A program made the position numbers and the translations under genes. Positions 27,328 through 41,700 of a stretch of 64,000 bases of DNA are shown here, piece after piece. This DNA is from the human T2T-CHM13v2.0 reference genome, Homo sapiens, in NCBI RefSeq assembly GCF_009914755.1, contig NC_060928.1; one strand, written 5' to 3'. The notes below the pieces were generated by a model. It was given only the letters and a program-made list of their open reading frames with translations. It did no database searches and was not told where the DNA came from. Within the stretch, counting starts at the first letter, position 1; every line of letters begins with the position of its first letter.

Positions 27328-29708
27328 CCGTCTCAGAAACTTGTTTGTGATGTGTGTATTCAACTAACAGAGTTGAACATTTCTGTTACAGAGCAATTTT
27401 AAAACACTCTTTTTGTGGAATCTGAAAGTGGATAATTGGATAGCTTTGTGGATTTCGTTGGAAACGGGATGACGTATAAAATCTAGAGAGAAGCATTCTC
27501 AGGAACTTCTTTCTGATGTTTGCATTCAAGTCACAGAATTGAACATTCCTTTTCATAGTGCAGGTTTGAAACACTCTTTCTGTAGTATCTGGAAGTGGAC
27601 ATTTCAAGCGCTTTCAGGCCTACGGGGAGAAAGGAAATATCTTCAAATAAAAACTAGACAGAAGGATTCTCAGAAACTTATTTGTGATGTGTGTCCTAAA
27701 CGAACACAGTTGAACCTTTGTTTTGATACAGCATTTTGGAAACACTCCTTTTGTAGGATCTGCAGGTGGATATTTGGATAGATTTTAAGATTTCGTTGGA
27801 AACGGGAGTTTCTTCATAGAAACTCAAGACAGATGCATTCTCAGAAACATCTCTGTGATGTTTGCATTCCACTCATAGAGTTGAAAACTTCCTTTCATAG
27901 AGCAGGTTTGAAACACTCTTTTTGTAATATTTGGAAGTGGACATTTGCAGCGCTTTGAGGCCTATGGTGAAAAAGGAAATATCTTCTCATAAAAACCAGA
28001 AACAAGCATTCTCAGAAACTTCTTTTTGATGTGTGTACTCAAGTAACAGAGTTGAACCTTCCTTTTGACACAGCAGTTTTGAAACAATCTTTTTGTAGAA
28101 TCTGCAAGTGGATATTTGGATAGCTTTGAGGATTTCGTTGGAAACGGGATATCTTCATATAAAATCTAGACAGAAGCATTCTCAGAAACTTCTTTGTGCT
28201 GTATGTCCTCAATTAACAGAGTTGAACCATTGCTTGGATACAGCATTTTGGAAACATTCCTTGAGTAGAATCTGCAAGTTGATATTTAGATAGATTTGAA
28301 GATTTCGTTGGAAAAGGGAATATCTCCATAGAAAATCTAGAGGGAAGCATTCTCAGAAACTGCTTTGTGATGTTTCCATTCAAGTCACAGAGTTGAATAT
28401 TCCCTTTTATAGAGCACGTTTGAAACACTCTTTCTGCACTATCTGGAAGTGGACATTTCGAGCGCTTTGAGGCCTATGGTGAAAAAGGAAATATCTTCCC
28501 ATAAAAACTAGACAGAAGCATTCTCAGAAACTTGTTTGTGATGTGTGTATTCAACTAACAGAGTTGAACTTTTGTTTTTACAGAGCCGTTTTAAAACACT
28601 CTTTTTGTGGAATCAGAAAGTGGATATTCGGATGGCTCTGAGGATTTCGTTGGAAGCGGGATTACATATAAAATCTAGAGAGAAGCATTCTCAGGAACTT
28701 CTTTGTGATGTTTGCATTGAAGTCACAGAATTGAACATTCACTTTGATAGAGCAGGTTTGAAACACTCATTCTGTAGTATCTGGAAGTGGACATTTCAAG
28801 CGCTTTCAGGCCTATGGTGAGAAAGGAAATATCTTCGAATAAAAACTAGACAGAAGCATCCTCAGAAACTTATTTGTGATGTGTGTCCTCAACTAACAGA
28901 GTTGAAACTTTGTTTTGATACAGCATTTTGGAAACACTCTTTTTGTAGAATCTGCAGGTGGATATTTGGATAGCTTAGAGGGATTCGTTGGAAAGGGGAT
29001 ATCTTCATATAAAATCTAGACAGAAGCATTCTCAGAAACTTATTTGTGATGTGTGTCCTCAACTAACAGAGTTGAACCTTGGTTTTGATACAGCATTTTG
29101 GAAACACTCCTTTTGTAGAATCTGCAGGTGGATATGTGGATAGCTCTGAAGATTTCGTTGGAAACGGGAATTTCTTCATATAAAATCAAACAGAAGCATT
29201 CTCAGAAACTTCTCAGTGATGTTTGCATTCAGCTCATGGAGTTGAACACTTCCTTTCATAGAGCAGGTTTGAAACACTCTTTCTGCACTACCTGGAAGAG
29301 GACATTTCGAGCGCTTTGAGTCCTATGGTGAAAAAGGAAATATCTTCTCATAAAAACCAGAAAGAAGCATTCTCAGAAACTTCTTTGTGTTGTGTGTACT
29401 CATGTAACAGTGTTGAACCATCCTTTTGACAGAGCAGTTTTGAAACACTCTTTTTGTAGAATCTGCAAGTGGATATTTGGATAGCTTTGAGGATTTCGTT
29501 GGAAACGGGAATATCTTCATAGAAAATCTAGACGGAAGCATTCTCAGAAACTGCTTTGTGATGTTTGCATTCAAGTCACAGAGTTGAATATTCCCTTTTA
29601 TAGAGTAGGTTTGAAACACTCTTTTGGCACTACCTGGAAGTGGATATTTCGAGCTCTTTGAGGCCTATGGTTAAAAGGAAATATCTTCCCATAAAAACTA
29701 GACAGAAG
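27328..29708 (+). repeat. Deletion-variant 14-mer HOR, 2381 bp (M1-M12, M13/M18 hybrid, M19)
   Basis: M1 at 27328 and 29709. The 851-bp loss equals the M13-to-M18 offset. The hybrid monomer starts at 29368 with an M13 body and an M18 tail. Confidence 0.94.
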
Positions 29709-32700
29709 CCGTCTCAGAAACTTGTTTGTGATGTGTGTATTCAACTAACAGAGTTGAACATTTCTGTTACAGAGCAATTTTAAAACACTCTTTTTGTGGA
29801 ATCTGAAAGTGGATAATTGGATAGCTTTGTGGATTTCGTTGGAAACGGGATGACGTATAAAATCTAGAGAGAAGCATTCTCAGGAACTTCTTTCTGATGT
29901 TTGCATTCAAGTCACAGAATTGAACATTCCTTTTCATAGTGCAGGTTTGAAACACTCTTTCTGTAGTATCTGGAAGTGGACATTTCAAGCGCTTTCAGGC
30001 CTACGGGGAGAAAGGAAATATCTTCAAATAAAAACTAGACAGAAGGATTCTCAGAAACTTATTTGTGATGTGTGTCCTAAACGAACACAGTTGAACCTTT
30101 GTTTTGATACAGCATTTTGGAAACACTCCTTTTGTAGGATCTGCAGGTGGATATTTGGATAGATTTTAAGATTTCGTTGGAAACGGGAGTTTCTTCATAG
30201 AAACTCAAGACAGATGCATTCTCAGAAACATCTCTGTGATGTTTGCATTCCACTCATAGAGTTGAAAACTTCCTTTCATAGAGCAGGTTTGAAACACTCT
30301 TTTTGTAATATTTGGAAGTGGACATTTGCAGCGCTTTGAGGCCTATGGTGAAAAAGGAAATATCTTCTCATAAAAACCAGAAACAAGCATTCTCAGAAAC
30401 TTCTTTTTGATGTGTGTACTCAAGTAACAGAGTTGAACCTTCCTTTTGACACAGCAGTTTTGAAACAATCTTTTTGTAGAATCTGCAAGTGGATATTTGG
30501 ATAGCTTTGAGGATTTCGTTGGAAACGGGATATCTTCATATAAAATCTAGACAGAAGCATTCTCAGAAACTTCTTTGTGCTGTATGTCCTCAATTAACAG
30601 AGTTGAACCATTGCTTGGATACAGCATTTTGGAAACATTCCTTGAGTAGAATCTGCAAGTTGTTATTTAGATAGATTTGAAGATTTCGTTGGAAAAGGGA
30701 ATATCTCCATATAAAATCTAGAGGGAAGCATTCTCAGAAACTGCTTTGTGATGTTTCCATTCAAGTCACAGAGTTGAATATTCCCTTTTATAGAGCACGT
30801 TTGAAACACTCTTTCTGCACTATCTGGAAGTGGACATTTCGAGCGCTTTGAGGCCTATGGTGAAAAAGGAAATATCTTCCCATAAAAACTAGACAGAAGC
30901 ATTCTCAGAAACTTGTTTGTGATGTGTGTATTCAACTAACAGAGTTGAACTTTTGTTTTTACAGAGCCGTTTTAAAACACTCTTTTTGTGGAATCAGAAA
31001 GTGGATATTCGGATGGCTCTGAGGATTTCGTTGGAAGCGGGATTACATATAAAATCTAGAGAGAAGCATTCTCAGGAACTTCTTTGTGATGTTTGCATTG
31101 AAGTCACAGAATTGAACATTCACTTTGATAGAGCAGGTTTGAAACACTCATTCTGTAGTATCTGGAAGTGGACATTTCAAGCGCTTTCAGGCCTATGGTG
31201 AGAAAGGAAATATCTTCGAATAAAAACTAGACAGAAGCATCCTCAGAAACTTATTTGTGATGTGTGTCCTCAACTAACAGAGTTGAAACTTTGTTTTGAT
31301 ACAGCATTTTGGAAACACTCTTTTTGTAGAATCTGCAGGTGGATATTTGGATAGCTTAGAGGGATTCGTTGGAAAGGGGATATCTTCATATAAAATCTAG
31401 ACAGAAGCATTCTCAGAAACTTATTTGTGATGTGTGTCCTCAACTAACAGAGTTGAACCTTGGTTTTGATACAGCATTTTGGAAACACTCCTTTTGTAGA
31501 ATCTGCAGGTGGATATGTGGATAGCTCTGAAGATTTCGTTGGAAACGGGAATTTCTTCATATAAAATCAAACAGAAGCATTCTCAGAAACTTCTCAGTGA
31601 TGTTTGCATTCAGCTCATGGAGTTGAACACTTCCTTTCATAGAGCCGGTTTGAAACACTCTTTCTGCACTACCTGGAAGAGGACATTTCGAGCGCTTTGA
31701 GTCCTATGGTGAAAAAGGAAATATCTTCTCATAAAAACCAGAAAGAAGCATTCTCAGAAACTTCTTTGTGTTGTGTGTACTCATGTAACAGTGTTGAACC
31801 ATCCTTTTGACAGAGCAGTTTTGAAACACTCTTTTTGTAGAATCTGCAAGTGGATATTTGGATAGCTTTGAGGATTTCGTTGGAAACGGGATGACATATA
31901 ATCTCTAGAGAGAAGCATACTCAGGAACTTCTTTGTGATGTTTGCATTCAAGTCACAGAATTGAACATTCCCTTTCATAGAGCAGGTTTGAAACACTCTT
32001 TCTCTAGTATCTGGAAGTGGGCATTTCAAGCGCTTTCAGGCCTATGGAGAGAAAGGAAATACCTTCAAATAAAAACTAGACAGAAGCATTCTCAGAAACT
32101 TATTTGTGATGTGTGTCCTCAACTAACAGAGTTGAACCTTTGTTTTGATACAGCATTTTGGAAACACTCCTTTTGTAGAATCTGCAGGTGGATATTTGGA
32201 TAACTTTGAAGATTTCGTTGGAAACCGGAATATCTTCATATAAAATCAAGACAGAAGCATTCTCGGAAACATCTCTGTGATGTTTGCATTCAACTCAGTA
32301 GAGTTGAACACTTCCTTTCATAGAGCAGGTTTGAAACACTCTTTCTGCACTACCTGGAAGCGGACATTTCGAGCGCTTTGAGGCCTATGGTGAAAAAGGA
32401 AATAGCTTCTCATAAAAACCAGAAAGAAGCATTCTCAGAAACTTCTTTGTGTTGTGTGTACTCAAGTAACAGTGTTGAACCTTCCTTTTGACACAGCAGT
32501 TTTGAAACACTCTTTTGGTAGAATCTGCAAGTGGATATTTGGATAGCTTTGAGGATTTCGTTGGAAACGGGTTATCTTCATATAAAATCCAGACAGGAGC
32601 ATTCTCAGAAACTTCTTTGTGCTGCATGTCCTCAATTCACAGAGCTGAACCTTTGTTTGGATACAGCATTTTGGAAACATTCCTTTAGTAGAATCTGCAA

Positions 32701-35700
32701 GTTGATATTTAGATAGCTTTGAAGATTTCGTTGGAAACGGGAATATCTTCATAGAAAATCTAGACGGAAGCATTCTCAGAAACTGCTTTGTGATGTTTGC
32801 ATTCAAGTCACAGAGTTGAATATTCCCTTTTATAGAGTAGGTTTGAAACACTCTTTCGGCACTACCTGGAAGTGGATATTTCGAGCTCTTTGAGGCCTAT
32901 GGTTAAAAGGAAATATCTTCCCATAAAAACTAGACAGAAGCCGTCTCAGAAACTTGTTTGTGATGTGTGTATTCAACTAACAGAGTTGAACATTTCTGTT
33001 ACAGAGCAATTTTAAAACACTCTTTTTGTGGAATCTGAAAGTGGATAATTGGATAGCTTTGTGGATTTCGTTGGAAACGGGATGACGTATAAAATCTAGA
33101 GAGAAGCATTCTCAGGAACTTCTTTCTGATGTTTGCATTCAAGTCACAGAATTGAACATTCCTTTTCATAGTGCAGGTTTGAAACACTCTTTCTGTAGTA
33201 TCTGGAAGTGGACATTTCAAGCGCTTTCAGGCCTACGGGGAGAAAGGAAATATCTTCAAATAAAAACTAGACAGAAGGATTCTCAGAAACTTATTTGTGA
33301 TGTGTGTCCTAAACGAACACAGTTGAACCTTTGTTTTGATACAGCATTTTGGAAACACTCCTTTTGTAGGATCTGCAGGTGGATATTTGGATAGATTTTA
33401 AGATTTCGTTGGAAACGGGAGTTTCTTCATAGAAACTCAAGACAGATGCATTCTCAGAAACATCTCTGTGATGTTTGCATTCCACTCATAGAGTTGAAAA
33501 CTTCCTTTCATAGAGCAGGTTTGAAACACTCTTTTTGTAATATTTGGAAGTGGACATTTGCAGCACTTTGAGGCCTATGGTGAAAAAGGAAATATCTTCT
33601 CATAAAAACCAGAAACAAGCATTCTCAGAAACTTCTTTTTGATGTGTGTACTCAAGTAACAGAGTTGAACCTTCCTTTTGACACAGCAGTTTTGAAACAA
33701 TCTTTTTGTAGAATCTGCAAGTGGATATTTGGATAGCTTTGAGGATTTCGTTGGAAACGGGATATCTTCATATAAAATCTAGACAGAAGCATTCTCAGAA
33801 ACTTCTTTGTGCTGTATGCCCTCAATTAACAGAGTTGAACCATTGCTTGGATACAGCATTTTGGAAACATTCCTTGAGTAGATTCTGCAAGTTGATATTT
33901 AGATAGATTTGAAGATTTCATTGGAAAAGGGAATATCTCCATATAAAATCTAGAGGGAAGCATTCTCAGAAACTGCTTTGTGATGTTTCCATTCAAGTCA
34001 CAGAGTTGAATATTCCCTTTTATAGAGCACGTTTGAAACACTCTTTCTGCACTATCTGGAAGTGGACATTTCGAGCGCTTTGAGGCCTATGGTGAAAAAG
34101 GAAATATCTTCCCATAAAAACTAGACAGAAGCATTCTCAGAAACTTGTTTGTGATGTGTGTATTCAACTAACAGAGTTGAACTTTTGTTTTTACAGAGCC
34201 GTTTTAAAACACTCTTTTTGTGGAATCAGAAAGTGGATATTCGGATGGCTCTGAGGATTTCGTTGGAAGCGGGATTACGTATAAAATCTAGAGAGAAGCA
34301 TTCTCAGGAACATCTTTGTGATGTTTGCATTGAAGTCACAGAATTGAACATTCACTTTGATAGAGCAGGTTTGAAACACTCATTCTGTAGTATCTGGAAG
34401 TGGACATTTCAAGCGCTTTCAGGCCTATGGTGAGAAAGGAAATATCTTCGAATAAAAACTAGACAGAAGCATCCTCAGAAACTTATTTGTGATGTGTGTC
34501 CTCAACTAACAGAGTTGAAACTTTGTTTTGATACAGCATTTTGGAAACACTCTTTTTGTAGAATCTGCAGGTGGATATTTGGATAGCTTAGAGGGATTCG
34601 TTGGAAAGGGGATATCTTCATATAAAATCTAGACAGAAGCATTCTCAGAAACTTATTTGTGATGTGTGTCCTCAACTAACAGAGTTGAACCTTGGTTTTG
34701 ATACAGCATTTTGGAAACGCTCCTTTTGTGGAATCTGCAGGTGGATATGTGGATAGCTCTGAAGATTTCGTTGGAAACGGGAATTTCTTCATATAAAATC
34801 AAACAGAAGCATTCTCAGAAACTTCTCAGTGATGTTTGCATTCAGCTCATGGAGTTGAACACTTCCTTTCATAGAACCGGTTTGAAACACTCTTTCTGCA
34901 CTACCTGGAAGAGGACATTTCGAGCGCTTTGAGTCCTATGGTGAAAAAGGAAATATCTTCTCATAAAAACCAGAAAGAAGCATTCTCAGAAACTTCTTTG
35001 TGTTGTGTGTACTCATGTAACAGTGTTGAACCATCCTTTTGACAGAGCAGTTTTGAAACACTCTTTTTGTAGAATCTGCAAGTGGATATTTGGATAGCTT
35101 TGAGGATTTCGTTGGAAACGGGATGACATATAATATCTAGAGAGAAGCATTCTCAGGAACTTCTTTGTGATGTTTGCATTCAAGTCACAGAATTGAACAT
35201 TCCCTTTCATAGAGCAGGTTTGAAACACTCTTTCTCTAGTATCTGGAAGTGGGCATTTCAAGCGCTTTCAGGCCTATGGAGAGAAAGGAAATACCTTCAA
35301 ATGAAAACTAGACAGAAGCATTCTCAGAAACTTATTTGTGATGTGTGTCCTCAACTAACAGAGTTGAACCTTTGTTTTGATACAGCATTTTGGAAACACT
35401 CCTTTTGTAGAATCTGCAGGTGGATATTTGGATAACTTTGAAGATTTCGTTGGAAACCGGAATATCTTCATATAAAATCAAGACAGAAGCATTCTCGGAA
35501 ACATCTCTGTGATGTTTGCATTCAACTCAGTAGAGTTGAACACTTCCTTTCATAGAGCAGGTTTGAAACACTCTTTCTGCACTACCTGGAAGCGGACATT
35601 TCGAGCGCTTTGAGGCCTATGGTGAAAAAGGAAATATCTTCTCATAAAAACCAGAAAGAAGCATTCTCAGAAACTTCTTTGTGTTGTGTGTACTCAAGTA

Positions 35701-38700
35701 ACAGTGTTGAACCTTCCTTTTGACACAGCAGTTTTGAAACACTCTTTTGGTAGAATCTGCAAGTGGATATTTGGATAGCTTTGAGGATTTCGTTGGAAAC
35801 GGGTTATCTTCATATAAAATCCAGACAGGAGCATTCTCAGAAACTTCTTTGTGCTGCATGTCCTCAATTCACAGAGCTGAACCTTTGTTTGGATACAGCA
35901 TTTTGGAAACATTCCTTTAGTAGAATCTGCAAGTTGATATTTAGATAGCTTTGAAGATTTCGTTGGAAACGGGAATATCTTCATAGAACATCTAGACGGA
36001 AGCATTCTCAGAAACTGCTTTGTGATGTTTGCATTCAAGTCACAGAGTTGAATATTCCCTTTTATAGAGTAGGTTTGAAACACTCTTTTGGCACTACCTG
36101 GAAGTGGATATTTCGAGCTCTTTGAGGCCTATGGTTAAAAGGAAATATCTTCCCATAAAAACTAGACAGAAGCCGTCTCAGAAACTTGTTTGTGATGTGT
36201 GTATTCAACTAACAGAGTTGAACATTTCTGTTACAGAGCAATTTTAAAACACTCTTTTTGTGGAATCTGAAAGTGGATAATTGGATAGCTTTGTGGATTT
36301 CGTTGGAAACGGGATGACGTATAAAATCTAGAGAGAAGCATTCTCAGGAACTTCTTTCTGATGTTTGCATTCAAGTCACAGAATTGAACATTCCTTTTCA
36401 TAGTGCAGGTTTGAAACACTCTTTCTGTAGTATCTGGAAGTGGACATTTCAAGCGCTTTCAGGCCTACGGGGAGAAAGGAAATATCTTCAAATAAAAACT
36501 AGACAGAAGGATTCTCAGAAACTTATTTGTGATGTGTGTCCTAAACGAACACAGTTGAACCTTTGTTTTGATACAGCATTTTGGAAACACTCCTTTTGTA
36601 GGATCTGCAGGTGGATATTTGGATAGATTTTAAGATTTCGTTGGAAACGGGAGTTTCTTCATAGAAACTCAAGACAGATGCATTCTCAGAAACATCTCTG
36701 TGATGTTTGCATTCCACTCATAGAGTTGAAAACTTCCTTTCATAGAGCAGGTTTGAAACACTCTTTTTGTAATATTTGGAAGTGGACATTTGCAGCGCTT
36801 TGAGGCCTATGGTGAAAAAGGAAATATCTTCTCATAAAAACCAGAAACAAGCATTCTCAGAAACTTCTTTTTGATGTGTGTACTCAAGTAACAGAGTTGA
36901 ACCTTCCTTTTGACACAGCAGTTTTGAAACAATCTTTTTGTAGAATCTGCAAGTGGATATTTGGATAGCTTTGAGGATTTCGTTGGAAACGGGATATCTT
37001 CATATAAAATCTAGACAGAAGCATTCTCAGAAACTTCTTTGTGCTGTATGTCCTCAATTAACAGAGTTGAACCATTGCTTGGATACAGCATTTTGGAAAC
37101 ATTCCTTGAGTAGAATCTGCAAGTTGATATTTAGATAGATTTGAAGATTTCGTTGGAAAAGGGAATATCTCCATATAAAATCTAGAGGGAAGCATTCTCA
37201 GAAACTGCTTTGTGATGTTTCCATTCAAGTCACAGAGTTGAATATTCCCTTTTATAGAGCACGTTTGAAACACTCTTTCTGCACTATCTGGAAGTGGACA
37301 TTTCGAGCGCTTTGAGGCCTATGGTGAAAAAGGAAATATCTTCCCATAAAAACTAGACAGAAGCATTCTCAGAAACTTGTTTGTGATGTGTGTATTCAAC
37401 TAACAGAGTTGAACTTTTGTTTTTACAGAGCCGTTTTAAAACACTCTTTTTGTGGAATCAGAAAGTGGATATTCGGATGGCTCTGAGGATTTCGTTGGAA
37501 GCGGGATTACATATAAAATCTAGAGAGAAGCATTCTCAGGAACTTCTTTGTGATGTTTGCATTGAAGTCACAGAATTGAACATTCACTTTGATAGAGCAG
37601 GTTTGAAACACTCATTCTGTAGTATCTGGAAGTGGACATTTCAAGCGCTTTCAGGCCTATGGTGAGAAAGGAAATATCTTCGAATAAAAACTAGACAGAA
37701 GCATCCTCAGAAACTTATTTGTGATGTGTGTCCTCAACTAACAGAGTTGAAACTTTGTTTTGATACAGCATTTTGGAAACACTCTTTTTGTAGAATCTGC
37801 AGGTGGATATTTGGATAGCTTAGAGGGATTCGTTGGAAAGGGGATATCTTCATATAAAATCTAGACAGAAGCATTCTCAGAAACTTATTTGTGATGTGTG
37901 TCCTCAACTAACAGAGTTGAACCTTGGTTTTGATACAGCATTTTGGAAACACTCCTTTTGTAGAATCTGCAGGTGGATATGTGGATAGCTCTGAAGATTT
38001 CGTTGGAAACGGGAATTTCTTCATATAAAATCAAACAGAAGCATTCTCAGAAACTTCTCAGTGATGTTTGCATTCAGCTCATGGAGTTGAACACTTCCTT
38101 TCATAGAGCCGGTTTGAAACACTCTTTCTGCACTACCTGGAAGAGGACATTTCGAGCGCTTTGAGTCCTATGGTGAAAAAGGAAATATCTTCTCATAAAA
38201 ACCAGAAAGAAGCATTCTCAGAAACTTCTTTGTGTTGTGTGTACTCATGTAACAGTGTTGAACCATCCTTTTGACAGAGCAGTTTTGAAACACTCTTTTT
38301 GTAGAATCTGCAAGTGGATATTTGGATAGCTTTGAGGATTTCGTTGGAAACGGGATGACATATAATATCTAGAGAGAAGCATACTCAGGAACTTCTTTGT
38401 GATGTTTGCATTCAAGTCACAGAATTGAACATTCCCTTTCATAGAGCAGGTTTGAAACACTCTTTCTCTAGTATCTGGAAGTGGGCATTTCAAGCGCTTT
38501 CAGGCCTATGGAGAGAAAGGAAATACCTTCAAATAAAAACTAGACAGAAGCATTCTCAGAAACTTATTTGTGATGTGTGTCCTCAACTAACAGAGTTGAA
38601 CCTTTGTTTTGATACAGCATTTTGGAAACACTCCTTTTGTAGAATCTGCAGGTGGATATTTGGATAACTTTGAAGATTTCGTTGGAAACCGGAATATCTT

Positions 38701-41700
38701 CATATAAAATCAAGACAGAAGCATTCTCGGAAACATCTCTGTGATGTTTGCATTCAACTCAGTAGAGTTGAACACTTCCTTTCATAGAGCAGGTTTGAAA
38801 CACTCTTTCTGCACTACCTGGAAGCGGACATTTCGAGCGCTTTGAGGCCTATGGTGAAAAAGGAAATAGCTTCTCATAAAAACCAGAAAGAAGCATTCTC
38901 AGAAACTTCTTTGTGTTGTGTGTACTCAAGTAACAGTGTTGAACCTTCCTTTTGACACAGCAGTTTTGAAACACTCTTTTGGTAGAATCTGCAAGTGGAT
39001 ATTTGGATAGCTTTGAGGATTTCGTTGGAAACGGGTTATCTTCATATAAAATCCAGACAGGAGCATTCTCAGAAACTTCTTTGTGCTGCATGTCCTCAAT
39101 TCACAGAGCTGAACCTTTGTTTGGATACAGCATTTTGGAAACATTCCTTTAGTAGAATCTGCAAGTTGATATTTAGATAGCTTTGAAGATTTCGTTGGAA
39201 ACGGGAATATCTTCATAGAAAATCTAGACGGAAGCATTCTCAGAAACTGCTTTGTGATGTTTGCATTCAAGTCACAGAGTTGAATATTCCCTTTTATAGA
39301 GTAGGTTTGAAACACTCTTTCGGCACTACCTGGAAGTGGATATTTCGAGCTCTTTGAGGCCTATGGTTAAAAGGAAATATCTTCCCATAAAAACTAGACA
39401 GAAGCCGTCTCAGAAACTTGTTTGTGATGTGTGTATTCAACTAACAGAGTTGAACATTTCTGTTACAGAGCAATTTTAAAACACTCTTTTTGTGGAATCT
39501 GAAAGTGGATAATTGGATAGCTTTGTGGATTTCGTTGGAAACGGGATGACGTATAAAATCTAGAGAGAAGCATTCTCAGGAACTTCTTTGTGATGTTTGC
39601 ATTCAAGTCACAGAATTGAACATTCCCTTTCATAGAGCAGGTTTGAAACACTCTTTCTCTAGTATCTGGAAGTGGGCATTTCAAGCGCTTTCAGGCCTAT
39701 GGAGAGAAAGGAAATACCTTCAAATAAAAACTAGACAGAAGCATTCTCAGAAACTTATTTGTGATGTGTGTCCTCAACTAACAGAGTTGAACCTTTGTTT
39801 TGATACAGCATTTTGGAAACACTCCTTTTGTAGGATCTGCAGGTGGATATTTGGATAGATTTTAAGATTTCGTTGGAAACGGGAGTTTCTTCATAGAAAC
39901 TCAAGACAGATGCATTCTCAGAAACATCTCTGTGATGTTTGCATTCCACTCATAGATTTGAAAACTTCCTTTCATAGAGCAGGTTTGAAACACTCTTTTT
40001 GTAATATTTGGAAGTGGACATTTGCAGCGCTTTGAGGCCTATGGTGAAAAAGGAAATATCTTCTCATAAAAACCAGAAACAAGCATTCTCAGAAACTTCT
40101 TTTTGATGTGTGTACTCAAGTAACAGAGTTGAACCTTCCTTTTGACACAGCAGTTTTGAAACAATCTTTTTGTAGAATCTGCAAGTGGATATTTGGATAG
40201 CTTTGAGGATTTCGTTGGAAACGGGATATCTTCATATAAAATCTAGACAGAAGCATTCTCAGAAACTTCTTTGTGCTGTATGTCCTCAATTAACAGAGTT
40301 GAACCATTGCTTGGATACAGCATTTTGGAAACATTCCTTGAGTAGAATCTGCAAGTTGATATTTAGATAGATTTGAAGATTTCGTTGGAAAAGGGAATAT
40401 CTCCATAGAAAATCTAGAGGGAAGCATTCTCAGAAACTGCTTTGTGATGTTTCCATTCAAGTCACAGAGTTGAATATTCCCTTTTATAGAGCACGTTTGA
40501 AACACTCTTTCTGCACTATCTGGAAGTGGACATTTCGAGCGCTTTGAGGCCTATGGTGAAAAAGGAAATATCTTCCCATAAAAACTAGACAGAAGCATTC
40601 TCAGAAACTTGTTTGTGATGTGTGTATTCAACTAACAGAGTTGAACTTTTGTTTTTACAGAGCCGTTTTAAAACACTCTTTTTGTGGAATCAGAAAGTGG
40701 ATATTCGGATGGCTCTGAGGATTTCGTTGGAAGCGGGATTACATATAAAATCTAGAGAGAAGCATTCTCAGGAACTTCTTTGTGATGTTTGCATTGAAGT
40801 CACAGAATTGAACATTCACTTTGATAGAGCAGGTTTGAAACACTCATTCTGTAGTATCTGGAAGTGGACATTTCAAGCGCTTTCAGGCCTATGGTGAGAA
40901 AGGAAATATCTTCGAATAAAAACTAGACAGAAGCATCCTCAGAAACTTATTTGTGATGTGTGTCCTCAACTAACAGAGTTGAAACTTTGTTTTGATACAG
41001 CATTTTGGAAACACTCTTTTTGTAGAATCTGCAGGTGGATATTTGGATAGCTTAGAGGGATTCGTTGGAAAGGGGATATCTTCATATAAAATCTAGACAG
41101 AAGCATTCTCAGAAACTTATTTGTGATGTGTGTCCTCAACTAACAGAGTTGAACCTTGGTTTTGATACAGCATTTTGGAAACACTCCTTTTGTAGAATCT
41201 GCAGGTGGATATGTGGATAGCTCTGAAGATTTCGTTGGAAACGGGAATTTCTTCATATAAAATCAAACAGAAGCATTCTCAGAAACTTCTCAGTGATGTT
41301 TGCATTCAGCTCATGGAGTTGAACACTTCCTTTCATAGAGCCGGTTTGAAACACTCTTTCTGCACTACCTGGAAGAGGACATTTCGAGCGCTTTGAGTCC
41401 TATGGTGAAAAAGGAAATATCTTCTCATAAAAACCAGAAAGAAGCATTCTCAGAAACTTCTTTGTGTTGTGTGTACTCATGTAACAGTGTTGAACCATCC
41501 TTTTGACAGAGCAGTTTTGAAACACTCTTTTTGTAGAATCTGCAAGTGGATATTTGGATAGCTTTGAGGATTTCGTTGGAAACGGGATGACATATAATCT
41601 CTAGAGAGAAGCATACTCAGGAACTTCTTTGTGATGTTTGCATTCAAGTCACAGAATTGAACATTCCCTTTCATAGAGCAGGTTTGAAACACTCTTTCTC

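Noticed and set aside
29323-29619. Unique 98-aa ORF on the minus strand
   Set aside because: It is produced by the M13/M18 deletion junction joining two satellite frames.
3730-30663. Singleton SNVs (for example 3730, 17794, 23393, 30663)
   Set aside because: Isolated substitutions are expected in HOR arrays and cannot be distinguished from consensus errors without reads.
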